This document shows positions 46,872 to 58,858 of a stretch of 64,000 bases of DNA, in pieces (the first letter of the stretch is position 1; each line of letters starts with the position of its first letter). The stretch is from Blastocladiella emersonii ATCC 22665 (taxonomy: Eukaryota; Fungi; Blastocladiomycota): the NCBI GenBank assembly GCA_025594325.1, contig JANHCV010000006.1, positions 62,001 through 126,000 of the forward strand, written 5' to 3'. A program made the position numbers and the translations under genes. The notes below the pieces were generated by a model. The model saw nothing but the letters and a program-made list of their open reading frames with translations, ran no database searches and was not told where the DNA came from.

Positions 46872-49211
46872 ATGGAACATAATAACTTAATGCATCGACC
46901 TCACCTTCCGCCGGAGATCCTCGAGCCGGTATTTGCACTTGCCCTCGCTCGGCGCCAGCTCGCGGCCGCCTCTCGTGCTAGCTACGGCGCCGTTGCGTCG
47001 AACCTCGTCCGCCGCACTTGGGCGCTGCAGGTCATCAACACCATCACCTTCGAGCAGTACCGCGACTGCTGCTTTGACATCGACGGAAACGCGGTCGACA
47101 GCCCAGACGGTGCCTCTCTCGATACCGCTTACCCCGACGTCTCGCAGCTTCAAGTCCCTTTTGCTTGGTACCTCAAGTCTCTCATCCCTGGTAAGCTGCG
47201 CGACGGAACTGGCGGGCTTCGCGGCGGCGACGATCCGGCCCTTGTCCGCGCGCGCACTTCGCACCCGTTCACCGCCGAGGTCCTAGACTATCTCTACCAG
47301 CCGAAAGGCGACAAACTCGATCCAATTACCGATCTGGGTGAGCATTGTCACCAGACTTTTGAAGACCACGGCACCGGCCTAATCAGCTCATCCAGGCTCC
47401 TTGGAGCGTTTCAACGGGTGCCCGAGTGTCTCATGCTGCCCTTTTACTTCCTCCTCGTTAACGACATGGAGAACATGTATGCGTGTTTCAAGCGCTTGGA
47501 CAAGCTGTTCCCTTGCATTTTTTCGGCTTACGCGCCCGTACGTGGGTGGTTCTGGTTCTGGCTCACCGAGGATACGGCTACTCGCGAGTATTTTCTCGAC
47601 GACGATGACTACTTTGACTCCATGCCCGGCGGATTTACTTTCTACGAGTCGTTCATGTTTGCATCGCTGGCGCACTGGAATCCCGACGCGTTTTGCATCA
47701 GTTCCAACGTGATGCTTCACAGTGTGACTCGCTTCACAGCACTTGAGTTCGCCAAATGGGACCCAAACATGCCCAAGCAAGCCGACTTTCTTCAGTTCAG
47801 AAACAGGGCGTTAGACCGCCCCCGATGTGGTCTATATCTCCATAACCTGCAGCTGCAACACAACGCGGGCGACGTTTTCACCAAAATGCTTGCGATGCTG
47901 AGGGATTTCGACCCCGCCCCTCGCAACAGGGTTCCCGTTTTCGCAAGCTTCATCACGGATACACGCCAGGCCGACTTGTTTCGTCTGGTGTACGATCGTC
48001 TCGACCGCCAGTATGTTTTGGAGAACCCCAAGATCATCTCCGAAGTCACGAGCATCGTTCTCAAATTTGTTTGCGCGGGCGGACTTGAAGTGATCCCTTA
48101 CTTTTCAGCGCTTGGCATCATCCGGGATCAAGATTGGGCGCCTCTCGTCGGACAAACGGTGCTGGATTGCAGCAGCTCGCTTGTCAATGGTCTTCATCAA
48201 CTCCAGCACAGCGAAGCTCAGTTCATCCTGACTCGACGTACGTCATGCAAGGTGGTCACGCTTGGTGCATGCTGATCTCCGACTCTCTTGTAGTGGCACG
48301 CGAGCAGCCATTTATGCAGCCAGATAATCTGGCACAACTTTGCAGTATCGCCGCCGCACTCAGCGTTAACCTGCTTGCCTTAGCGTCGGCCGCACTTGCC
48401 AGTCCGCACGTTTCTGATCAACTCATCGAGTTCTTAAGTAGCCCTCAATCGCCAGTCGACCCGTACTTGGCCTGCACGATCGTCTTGCTACGCGTGTTTG
48501 CGGGCTACTATCACGCAAACATGACACACAAGTTCATGTGGCGCTTCCTTTCGTGCTCGCAGGGCGACACAAGCTTTGCGCGCGCGCTCGAGTTTTTCGA
48601 CCAAGAAAGCCTCCGGGTTTCATCAAACGTTCCCAACATCGACCCGCGCGCCCTGGCGGGTCGATTCATTGGCGCAGCGGCTGTCGAGCGCGCCAACTCC
48701 TTCAGGCAACAAAGCCAACCATTTAACTCCTGCCGCCTCGTTGATCTCCTCGACGTTTTGTCCGGCGTTACCCCGACACGGCGATTTCGCTTGAGACTGC
48801 TGATGTCGGGTGCTGGTTTGCCCCGCTGGGGAGCCGCCAGTCGCTTCCGCCCCTGCTGAGTACCAGCTCTTTGCAACTCTCCTTGCACACGATCCAATCT
48901 ACGTGACCAGTTACCTCATCGAAGAGTGGTCGAGCGAGCTTCCCCTCTGGATTTGGGAGGCTATTGCGGACCGCGAGCCCGCCCGCGCCGCTCTTGCAGT
49001 CGTTGTCGAGCGCTACATGCCCTCGATCCGCGATGTCGCGCGCGTGTTCGTGTACCGGAACGAGATTGCTGCGGCACGAACAGTGCTTCGTGCTGTTCCA
49101 AAAGTGCTCGAGGACGAGCAGTTCCGCGAGTTCATCTCTAGCATCGAGGGACTCGACCTTGCGGACTTTTGGCCCGCCCGGCCCGTCCCGAATCCTCTCA
49201 CGTCCTCCTGA
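46872..49211 (+). CDS. Lineage-specific F-box-like protein, full-length copy
   Basis: LPPEILEPVF...AASR start. Intron 48237-48294 (GTACGT...TGTAG) joins 46872..48275 to the 48134..48859 frame. A further frame change near 48810-48866 is either a second intron or a frameshift. Confidence 0.6.
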
Positions 49212-49311
49212 GTTTCCGGGCAATGTTGTTTGGCTTGAACTATTCCGCATACATGTTCCATTGATGAACGGTCTAGTGCGTGAAAAGGGAGGGCGTTGGG
49301 GACCCGCGAAA

Positions 49312-49336
49312 CTCGACGCGTCGAGGAATCATGTGA
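49312..49336. promoter_or_regulatory. Palindromic upstream motif CTCGACGCGTCGAG-N3-TCATGTGA
   Basis: Also at 46768-46789 (partial) and 51216-51240, each about 80-200 bp upstream of a start codon. Confidence 0.4.
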
Positions 49337-49434
49337 TGCAGTGGTGACCAAACCAGCGCTCAAACCCAAAACCAGGGGCTCTGTCGCGGCGTCTACGCTC
49401 CCCGCACCACCCCTGCATGCAATGAAACGCTACC

Positions 49435-51126
49435 ATGGAACATAATAACTTGATGCAACCACCTCATCGACCTCATCTACCACCGGAAGTCCTCGAGCCG
49501 GTCTTTGCACTTGCTCTCGCTCGGCGCCAACTCGCGGCCGCCTCTCGAACTGGCTACGGCGCCGTTGCGTCGAACCTCGTCCGCCGCACTTGGGCGCTGC
49601 AGGTCATTAACACCATCACCTTCGAGCAGTACCGCGACCGCTGCTTTGACGTTGATGGAAACGTGGTCGACAGTCAAAATGCTCAATCGCCTGATTTCGC
49701 ACACCCCGACATCTCGCTTCAGGTCCCATTTGCTTGGTACCTCAAGTCTCTCATTCCCGGCAAATTGCGCGACGGAACTGGCGGGCTTCGCGGCGGCGAC
49801 GATCCGGCCCTTGTCCGCGCGCGCACGTCGCACCCGTTCACCCCCGAAGTCTTGGACTATCTTTACCAGCCGAAAAGCGACAAACTCGATCCAATTACCG
49901 ATCTGGGTGAGGCTTGTCGCCGACGCTACGAAACTGACAACTTAAACGACTATTTTCCCACTTCGAGGCTCCTCAGAGCGTTTCAGCGTGCGCCCGAGTG
50001 CCTCATGCTGCCCTTTTTCTTCCTTGTCATCAACGACGTGGAGAACATGTACGCGTGCATTGAGCGCCTCGCTAAGCTCTTTCCGCACTACTACTGGCTT
50101 CTCGTGCCCCTCCGTGGGTGGCTCTGGTTCTGGCTCACCGAGGACAAGTTTACTAGCGAATGTTTGCTTGCCGACGATCGCGTTGACGACGAAGACTGCG
50201 GAATCACTTTGCACGAGTCGCTCATGTTCGCATCGCTGGTGTACGCCACGCTGCTCTCGCACAGCCCTTACTACGTTGTTTCTTGCCTTGTTCCCAAGTG
50301 GACAAGCGAGCTCCCGCTTTGGATTTGGGAGTCGATTGCGAACAATGCAAGAGGCCGGATGGCCCTTGGAAACACCTTTTTGACTCGGATGGGATCGTTC
50401 CGCGACATTGTGCGCGCATTTCTTCAACGCGGCGACATCGTAGGAGCACGGACGGTGCTCCGCGCGTTTCCTACGCTGCTCTCAGTTGAGCACTTCTGCC
50501 AGTCGCTTGCAAGTGTTGAGGGCCTCGATCTTCCAAGCTTGCAGCCTGCGCCTGTCGTGCCCGGATACAATCCTTCGAGCCTGCCGCTTCTGCCTGCTGC
50601 GCTCTATCCCGGTCAGTCGGACCAACCGCTTCCGCCTGTCGCGCATAATTTTGGTCAGTCGAGCATGCAGCCTCCGCCTGTCGCACTCAATTTCGATCAG
50701 CCGAGCCTCCTGCCTCTTTCGGCCACGCTTGATCTACCCTCTCTGCCCGGCCCGTCCCACTTTTCGGGCCCACCCGCCCTTCCTGGCCCGTACGCCGTTC
50801 CCGGTCTGCCCGCCCTTCCCGGTCCTTACACCGTTCCCGGTCCGTCTACCGCTCCCGGTCCGTCTACCGCTCCCGGTCCGTCCACTGCTTCCAGCCAGCA
50901 CGCCGTTTCCAGCCCGTATCCCGCTTACGGCCAGCCCGCTCTCCCTGATCCGTCGATCTTGCCCGGCTCGTCCATTCATCCTGGACCGTCCACCCATCCC
51001 AACCCAATCTTCCCTTACGGTCTCCCCGCCTATCTTGGCCCGTCTGTTCCTTCCGGCCCTCCCGCATATCCTGCGCCGTCCTCCCTTCCCGATTTCTCCA
51101 ACCCTACGCTGAACAAGCCCTATTGA
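49435..51126 (+). CDS. Tandem paralog with an internal in-frame deletion and a Pro-rich repeat tail
   Basis: N-terminus closely matches 46872; after FASL it jumps to the homolog of 48867-49200 (ATLL...ELPLWIWE...ARTVLRA...EGLDL); then about 190 aa of low-complexity repeats. Confidence 0.7.
   Translation: MEHNNLMQPPHRPHLPPEVLEPVFALALARRQLAAASRTGYGAVASNLVRRTWALQVINTITFEQYRDRCFDVDGNVVDSQNAQSPDFAHPDISLQVPFAWYLKSLIPGKLRDGTGGLRGGDDPALVRARTSHPFTPEVLDYLYQPKSDKLDPITDLGEACRRRYETDNLNDYFPTSRLLRAFQRAPECLMLPFFFLVINDVENMYACIERLAKLFPHYYWLLVPLRGWLWFWLTEDKFTSECLLADDRVDDEDCGITLHESLMFASLVYATLLSHSPYYVVSCLVPKWTSELPLWIWESIANNARGRMALGNTFLTRMGSFRDIVRAFLQRGDIVGARTVLRAFPTLLSVEHFCQSLASVEGLDLPSLQPAPVVPGYNPSSLPLLPAALYPGQSDQPLPPVAHNFGQSSMQPPPVALNFDQPSLLPLSATLDLPSLPGPSHFSGPPALPGPYAVPGLPALPGPYTVPGPSTAPGPSTAPGPSTASSQHAVSSPYPAYGQPALPDPSILPGSSIHPGPSTHPNPIFPYGLPAYLGPSVPSGPPAYPAPSSLPDFSNPTLNKPY
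50735..50895 (+). repeat. 18-bp tandem repeats encoding LPGP/PSTAPG-like hexapeptides
   Basis: CCGTCTACCGCTCCCGGT twice plus degenerate units. Confidence 0.75.
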
Positions 51127-51432
51127 ATTTGATCTTGTTTCCTGTCCCCATCAACCCGCTCGTTTGACGCGTCCAGCCGCGGCGAAAAAAGCCGGGGACC
51201 CTCGCGTGCACGCGTCTCGACGCGTCGAGATATCATGTGACGCGTTGCTGACCAAGAAGTCGAGTGGCGCGCGTGCGCCACACCGCCGCGGCGAACGCGT
51301 CTGTCTCTCCCTTGTTCGCCTCCCTCCCCTCCCGCTCGCCACCTAAACTCGCGGCACTGCTCCGCTCTCAGATCCTGCAACGCATCCAACGCATTGAGCA
51401 CTACGCGCGCGCGCCGGGAAGAGCCGACCGAC

Positions 51433-53681
51433 ATGGCGCTCAACAACCTCTTCTCGTCGACGCTCGGCGCCATGGCCGGCGTCGCCCAGGCCATCAACCA
51501 GATTGGCGCCGGCGGGCCGCGCACGCCGATCGACGACTATCTCGGTGAGTTGATTCGCTCGAGTGGGTGGCGGAGAGCTGATCCGTTTGTGCACGGGTTC
51601 TAGAGAGCGCGTGCAGCCCGCACCGCATGGACCCGGACCTCGCGCTCAACCTCGAGATCTGTGACCTCATCAACACCAAGGGCCGGACATAGTGCGTAGC
51701 GTCGCTGCCGCGCGCTGGTGTGATCGAGGCGCCGGACTGACTGACGCGCGGTGCGCCACGAGTGTAGCCCGCGCGACGCGGCCATGGGGATCGTCCGGCT
51801 CGTCAACAGCCGGCACGAGACGATTTCCTCGCACGCGCTCGAGGTGCGTTCGATACGAACGTGGCGGCCAGGATCACGGCAACTGACGCTGAGTGGACCG
51901 ACCCCGCGTAGCTGCTCGACATTTGCGTCAAGAACTGCGGGTTCCCGTTCCACCTGCAGATCGCGTCCAAGGAGTTTCTCAACGAGCTCGTCAAGCGGTT
52001 CCCCGAGCGACCTCCGGTACGTCTCCCCCACGTCCAACGCCGCCACGCCGCTCACCTCTCGATCGCGAGTAGATGCTCCTCCCGCACGGCCACCGGCGGA
52101 TCCTCGAGTTCATCAACCAGTGGAACCTGACGCTGGTGCAGAACGGCAAGCACAAGGAGGACCTGCGCAACATCACGGAAATGTACCGGCTCCTGTCGCA
52201 GAAGGGATACCGATTCCCGGGCGTGGCGCAGTCGGCGGTCGCGGTCCTCAACCAGCGGAACGAGGTACGTTTGCGGGTGGGCGCGAGGGCGCGCGTTTGG
52301 AGGAAACTGACTCGGTATGCACGAGTAGACACTGCGGTCGGCGGACGAGCTCGAGGAAGAGGACGTGATGGTGAAAAAGGCCAAGCTGCAGGAGCTGCTG
52401 CGGCGCGCGTCGCCGGCCGACCTCGAGCAGGCGAACCAGCTGATGAAGGAGCTCGTCGGCTTCGTACGTTGCCCTCTGATACGCGACTCAATGCGACGGA
52501 CGCTAACCCGCATCGCTACATGCGAGTAGGAGGGGCAGGTGGACTACAAGGCCAAGGAGCGCGAGGAGCTGACCAAGTTCGAGGACAAGGCCAAGCGGCT
52601 CGAGGCGATGCTGCAGGAGGTGACGTCGCCCGTCGAGCTGCAGTCGGCGGCGATCCAGGACCTGCTGATCCACTGCAAGTCGGCGCAGGCCAAGTGCGTC
52701 AAGCTGATCGAGACGCGCGAGGACGACGACCACCTGCAGCGGCTGCTCGACCTCAACGACCAGCTCAACCGCGTCATCGGCGCGTACAGGGCCATCCAGA
52801 CTGGGACCCCGGTCCAGCAACAGCAGCAGCAGCCAACCAACACCACGCTCATCAGCTGGAGCCCGTCCACGTCGCCCGCGCACCCGCCCGCGCAGCCTCC
52901 CGCGGCGGCGGCGGCGCGTAACGGCGGCGGGAACGTCATGGACGACCTCCTTGATCTGTCGTTTGGCGCGCCACCCGCGGCCCCGCTCGCGGGCGGGTCC
53001 CTCCTCGGCGGCCCGTCGCCGTCGGCCGGGCTCGGGTTCGGCGGCGGGCTCGCGCCCATGGCCGGCATGGCGGCCGCGCAGCAGCCCGACCTCCTCGGCG
53101 GTGGCGGCGGCGAGGGCGCCATCTTCCTCGCGGCCAACACGCCGCCGACGCAGGCCACGACGCTCGACTTTGGCGGGTTCTTCGGCGGTCCCTCCTCATC
53201 CCCGGTGCCGGCGGCGCGGCAGCAGAGCCCCGTCTCGGTCAAAACGACGGGCACGGGCGGCATGGACCTGCTGGGCATGGGCCTGGCGACGCCGCCGGCG
53301 AGCGCGGGCACGCCGACCAGCAGTTCCGCGGCCACGATGCAGACGCAGACCGTGTACGACGCGAACGGTCTCTGCGTGACGGCGACGTGGGCGCGCAACG
53401 CGGCGCGCGCGGGGCAGGTGGACGCGCAGTGCGAGTTTGCCAACCGCACGCTGACGCCGATCCTCGCGCTGTCGTGGCAGGTGGCGGCGCCGCGCGGCGT
53501 CCAGCTCAAGGTCGAGCCGCTCTCGGCGCAGGTGATCCCGGCGAGTGCGGCCAAGGGCGCGTACCAGCGGTTCTCGGCGCAGGTCGGCGATGGAGCGGGT
53601 GAGCTCAAGGTCAAGTTCAAGGTCGGGTTCGCGAGTAACGGCGTCAATGTCGACGGCGAGGGCGTGTTCTCGCTCGCGTGA
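51433..53681 (+). CDS. GGA: GGA clathrin adaptor (VHS, GAT, GAE domains), multi-exon
   Basis: VHS: DLALNLEICDLINTK, LLDICVKNCGFPFHLQIASKEFLNELVKRFPERPP; GAT: KLQELLRR...DLEQANQLMKEL, LLDLNDQLNRVI; GAE ear: WQVAAPRGVQLKVEPLS. Confidence 0.92.
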
Positions 53682-54515
53682 TGGACGGTTTGGGCAGGGA
53701 TTTCATGCGGACGAATGAAGACTAGCTTGCTTGTTGTTCTCGCGGCCACGCTCATGCTCAGGGTCAAGGCTGGGCAGGGGAAGTGGAGCTAACCCATCGG
53801 CGGCCGCGGTGCGCCGCGTCGCGGGATCCACCGCATGGCGCGCCGCCGCGCGAACCATGGGCGCCCGGTCCCTGGCCCCTGGAGGGCACCATCCCTCTCC
53901 AGCGTCGCCGACGACGTGGCGACGCGTAGCACGGAGACTTGCAGCAACGTCACGGCGAAGCGGTCATGACGACGATGACCGAGCGGCCCCCATCGCGTCA
54001 TCGACCGCGGCCGCGACCACGATGGCCGCCAGCACCGACCGCATCGTGGGAGCGGTGAAGCTCACACGTTTCGCGCGCGTCGGCGGCGGCGACGGCCACG
54101 GCGGCGCGAAGATGTGCTGACAGCGCGGCCCGGAAGGATGGATTCCGCTCGGGATCGCCCTGTGGAGACCGCGATGGGCCCGCGTTGGGCGCGTGCGCGC
54201 GCTTATCAGCGGCGTCCCTTGTGAGGGTGCGAACAAGCACAGACGCCCGCGGCGAGGGCGTGCGAGGACGATGGAGCAGCGAGGGATCGGACCTGCTGCA
54301 CCGAGCGGCAAGGGCCGTGATGGGCGCGCCGCCGATCGCGTCCCGCTCGCTTCCGCCGCCGCCTGGCTGGCTGACGCAACGCACTTTCGAGGGCGAGGGC
54401 GGGCCTGATCTGCTACGCCGCAGCCGCAGGCTCTGACACACGCTCGCTCGCCTTGTGTGAAAAGTTTTCGATCGGCCGAGGCTGCCGCGGCCATCGAGAC
54501 CGAGTCTCTCGCGAG

Positions 54516-54521
54516 TATATA
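54516..54521 (+). promoter_or_regulatory. Candidate TATA box of the lactone oxidase gene
   Basis: TATATA in GC-rich DNA about 135 bp upstream of ATG 54652. Confidence 0.35.
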
Positions 54522-54651
54522 GGACCGGCCGGCCCCGCTCCCTCGACCGGTCCTAGCTCTCTGCATTGCACACACACGGCATCAACTACGCATCAACAAC
54601 CCGCGCGGCACCTCGCCCCTCTACCCTCGTCCTCGTCCTCCATCAGCAACC

Positions 54652-56704
54652 ATGTCGTCGTCCGCCAACACCATGCTCACCGAGGGCCAGCGCATCACGC
54701 TGTTCAAGGAGCAGCTGACCAAGGAGCAGGGTGCGGTCGCATCTCTGTGTCGTCGTTGTCGCTGTTGCGACGCTGCTGCTCGCGTCGCCTACGGCATCTG
54801 CGTGCCCTCCCCCGCACGCGCGCCACGATGATGCTGCTGCGCCGCCGTGCGGGGCGAAGCGAGACATGCCCGCCACCGCCACGTCCACCGCGCGCCCGGC
54901 CTTCGTGCTGGAGTTCTGGAACCCATCGGCGGCGCCGCCTGGACATCATCGCACGCTGCCCGTCGTCGTCGCGATGCGCGATGCAGTTGGTGGTGGTGGG
55001 GCGCTCGCAGCCACACCGAGATGCCGTTCCTCCGGTCACGGCGGCGGTCACGGCCGTGGCGCAGCACAGCAGGAGCAGCAGCAGCAGTGAGCGGCTCCGA
55101 CAACGGCGCTCACTCTCCCTCTCCCTGTGAAGCAACTCTAACCGCCGACCATGCCCACGTCCGTAGAGGCCAACTCGATGCTCAACTGGGCGGGCACGCG
55201 CGCGCTCGCCAGCAAGTCGCAGGTTCGGTCGCCGCGGTCGGTCGCCGAGCTGCAGGAGCTGGTGCGCACGCACCGGTACGTGCGGCCCGTCGGGTCGCGC
55301 CTGACGTACGAGGCCCTGACCTCGGTGCAGTCGGCGCCCGACGCCGTCATGGTCGAGCTGTCGCACCTGCGCGGGCTCGTGTCGCTGGACCCCGCGGCCA
55401 AGACGGCCACGTTCTGGGCCGGCACCACCATCGACGAGGTCTCGGCCACGCTCAAGGAGCACAACCTGTACATCAACTGCTCGCCCGGCGTCATTGGCGT
55501 GCAGACGCTCGCCGGCGCCATCGGGACCGGCACCCACGGCCAGGGGCTCGGCCAGTCGTTCCTGTGCGATATCGTGACGCGCGTCGAGGTCGTCCGCGCC
55601 GACGGGTCGCTCGTGGCCGTCGACGGCGACGCGCACCCGGAGCTCCTCAACGCGCTGCGCATCCACCTCGGCGTGCTCGGGCTCGTCACCAAGGTCACGC
55701 TCGAGGTGCAGCCCCTGCGCGTCCTGACGTGCACCAAGGCGACCATCGCGCTGCCCGACTTCCGCGACTCGTTTGTCGAGCTCAACCGCCGCGAGGAGTT
55801 CTGCAAGGCGTGGTGGTTCCCCGACACCAACCTCGTCCACGTGTGGGCGGCGTCGCCCGCCGGTGCCGCGGACCGCGCCAAGTACGAGGCCAACGGGCGC
55901 GAGATCACGGACGTCGAGGCGGCCGGCGCCGGCGAGGACCGGCTCGCGTCCACCATCTACGCGCTCGAGCAGAAGATGGCCGCCGACACGTGCGACTCGG
56001 GCAGTGGGCGGCAGTTCGAGACGGTGCAGCGGTTCAAGAAGGCCGTCTCCGTGACGGGCACGATGCAGCAGATCTACATGAAGGGGATCCCCGTCCCGCA
56101 GATCAACTGCGAGATCGCGATCCCGCTCGCCAAGTTCGACGCGTCCATTGCCGCGCTGCAGCAGTGGCTCGCCACGACCAAGCACTCGCTGCACTACCCG
56201 TTCATCTTCCGGTGCACGGGCGCGTCGCGCGCGTGGCTCGCCCCGCACCGCGGCGACGAGCTGTGCTACATCGGGTTCCTCGTGTACCTCGCCAAGGACG
56301 GCACCGCCAAGCCCGGGTCGCTCGAGATGATGCGCGAGCTCCAGGAGGTGCTCGCCCCGCTCGGCGGCACCCCGCACTGGGGGAAGCACATGTGCCTCGA
56401 CCTCTACGCGTGGCCCGCCCTGTTCCCGCGCCTCACCGACTTTGTCCGCCTCATGGCCGCATGGGACCCCGCTGGCAAGTGGCAGAACGACTTCACCCGC
56501 ACCATGTTCGCCCCCGCCGTCAAGGCCGTCGCCGAGGAGGAGGCGGCGCGCGCCGCCGCGCAGGCCGCGCTCATGCTGCCCGCGGTCGCGCCCGCCGCCG
56601 AGGAGGCCGACGAGGAGCAGAAGCAGGTCGTCCGCGTCCGCCGGACACCGTCGTCGTCGTCGGTCGACTCGGCCGTGTCCATGAGCATGCGCGCCCGCCT
56701 CTGA
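54652..56704 (+). CDS. FAD-linked sugar-1,4-lactone oxidase (ALO/GULO family)
   Basis: NWAG, RPVGS, TLAGAIGTGTHG, EIAIPL, FIFRCTG, GGTPHWGK and WDPAGKWQN. Exon 54652-54730 splices (GTGCGG...CTAAC...GTAG) to 55167 in frame. Confidence 0.88.
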
Positions 56705-56925
56705 AGGGTCGGGTCGCCGCACGCAGCAGTTGACAGTTTTGTTTCCCTCTTCTTGATTGCATTCCGCCCCACACTAGTACCATGATAGAACTCGTATTGT
56801 GATCAACTGCTTGTTCCGTCGGCTGATGGGAGACACGCGCGCGTGCTTGGAGCCTCGCGCGTCGCGTCGGTCCCTGAGCCGATTGGCCTGCCGCCGCCGC
56901 TCCTTCTCCCGCTCCGTAAACAGCC

Positions 56926-58750
56926 ATGGACGAAGCGAATGAATTCAAACTGACCGCCGCGTCGGCCGCCGCCATCGCGGGGTTCCTCGTCAGCAACCTG
57001 TTCGTCGTGCGCCCGACCAGCGTCACGGTCCGCGTCCCCGCGCGCTGGTGTCCCGCGGCGCTCCTGCCGCGCAACGACGGCGGTGACGGTGACAATGGCG
57101 TGCCTGAGAAGAAGCACGCGGACGCGTCCGCCGAGTCGCTTCTGATCCGGTCCACGGCCGCCATCGCGCGCGACGCTGAGGGCGAGGGCGAGGGCGAGGA
57201 GATCGCGCTCGAGCCTGTGGGTCTCAGCACCGGCGCCGCGCCCGTCTCGCTGACCGACGACGACGACGGTGAGGACGAGAGCGCCAAACCCATGGGGTTT
57301 CGGGGGGACGGCCGCGTCCCGTTCACGCTCCCGCTCAACTACGCGACCGTCGCGCTGCCCATCGCGCTGCTCCTGACCGCGACGGGCGTCCTCCCGCCCT
57401 CTGGGTTCGCCGCCGCCGTCGCAGGCACCCCTGGGTCCCCGCTGCACCCGTGGGCCGTCCTCGTGCTGCTCGCCTCGCTCTCATACGTGTGCGTCGCGCT
57501 CGATATCACGGGCGCGCTTGAAGCGGTCGCGGTCCGGGTCCTCGCGCGCGCGGGAGATGATGGGAGGAAGGTCCTGCTCGCGGTGTGGCTGCTCACGTCG
57601 GCGATGACGGTTGCGACGAATAACGGTTCGTTTCCGCGGTGCCGCGACGTGCGAAGGAGAACTGACACCGTGGAGGAGCGTAGACGTGGTGATCCTCACC
57701 CTAACCCCCGTCCTCGCGCACGCCGCCGCACACTCGGGCGTCGACCCGGCCCGCACGCGCGGCCTGCACCTGACGCAGTTCTACGCGGCCAACGCCATCT
57801 CGGCCGTCTGGTACCTGTCGAACCCGACCAACCTCGTCGTCGCCCAGGCCTTCGCGCTCGACCCGCTCCGCCTCGCCGCCGTCCTCGCCCCCGCCGCGCT
57901 CGCGTCGCACGTGTTGCTGTTCGCCAGCGTCGCGTACTGGTTCCCCCTCCCGCGCAAGCTGCCCGCGGTGCGGGGTGAGGAGGAGCGGGTCGGGCCGAAA
58001 GACCCGCGCGGCGCGGTGGTGCACGGCCTTGTCCTCGCCGCGTGCATCGCGGCGCTGATCGTCTCGACCGCGCTGACGTCCGCGTCCGGCGAGGGCAAGG
58101 AACCCGTCCCCGTGTGGACCATCGTGCTCGCTGCTGGGCTAGCGAGTCTCGCGTGGGACCTCGCCAACGACGCTTTGCGGATCGCGCATTTCGACTTGCG
58201 CCCGTGGCCCCGCACCCGCGCCGCGCGCAGCCGGTTCCCGCTCGGCATTTTCCCGTTCCTCGTCGGTCAGTTCGCGCTCGTCGAGGCGCTCGTCGCCACG
58301 GGCGCCCTCGCCCCCGTCGCGCGCGGGCTCGCGTGGGCCGCGATGGTCGCGGGAGGCGGCCCGCTGGCCGCGGCGGTCGCCGTCGGGTGTATCGCGGCCG
58401 CGCTGTGCGCCGTCATGAACAACCTCCCGACGACGGTACTCCTGGTGCGCGCGATGCAGCACCCGGCGTGGCGGGATGAGGTTGCGGGGGAGGGGGCGGA
58501 CGGGGTGCATGCGGCGGCGGTCGCGGCGCTCGTCCTCGCGAGTAACACGGGACCCTGCACCGCGCTCGCCGGGAGTCTTGCCGGACTGCTGTGGGCGCAG
58601 GTGCTCAAGGGGTTGGGCGTGAGCGAGGAGGTGGTGCCTGGTGCGTTTGCGCGGATCGGGGTGCGCGCAGCGGTGGTGCCGGTCGTTGTTGGGTTCTTCG
58701 TGCTCGGCGCCACGGTCGCGGCGGCGCCCGGGTTGTTGTTGGGAGAGTAG
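56926..58750 (+). CDS. ArsB/NhaD-superfamily permease (arsenite-pump-like)
   Basis: Many hydrophobic helices; ALDITGALE, ATNN|DVVILTLTP, SNPTNLVVA, MNNLPTTVL, LASNTGP...GSLAGLLW; intron near 57626-57683. Confidence 0.85.
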
Positions 58751-58858
58751 TGGGGAATGGATGCGGTGGGAGTGATACAGACTCGCGTGTATGTGTGAGA
58801 TGAGGGAGGCGTGGTATGGTACAGGATGAGATGCGGAAGCGTAGTAGACGCGGCGGGT

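Noticed and set aside
54704-56733. 672-aa and 628-aa ORFs overlapping the oxidase
   Set aside because: Alternative-frame artefacts of high GC; the oxidase frame carries all the conserved motifs.
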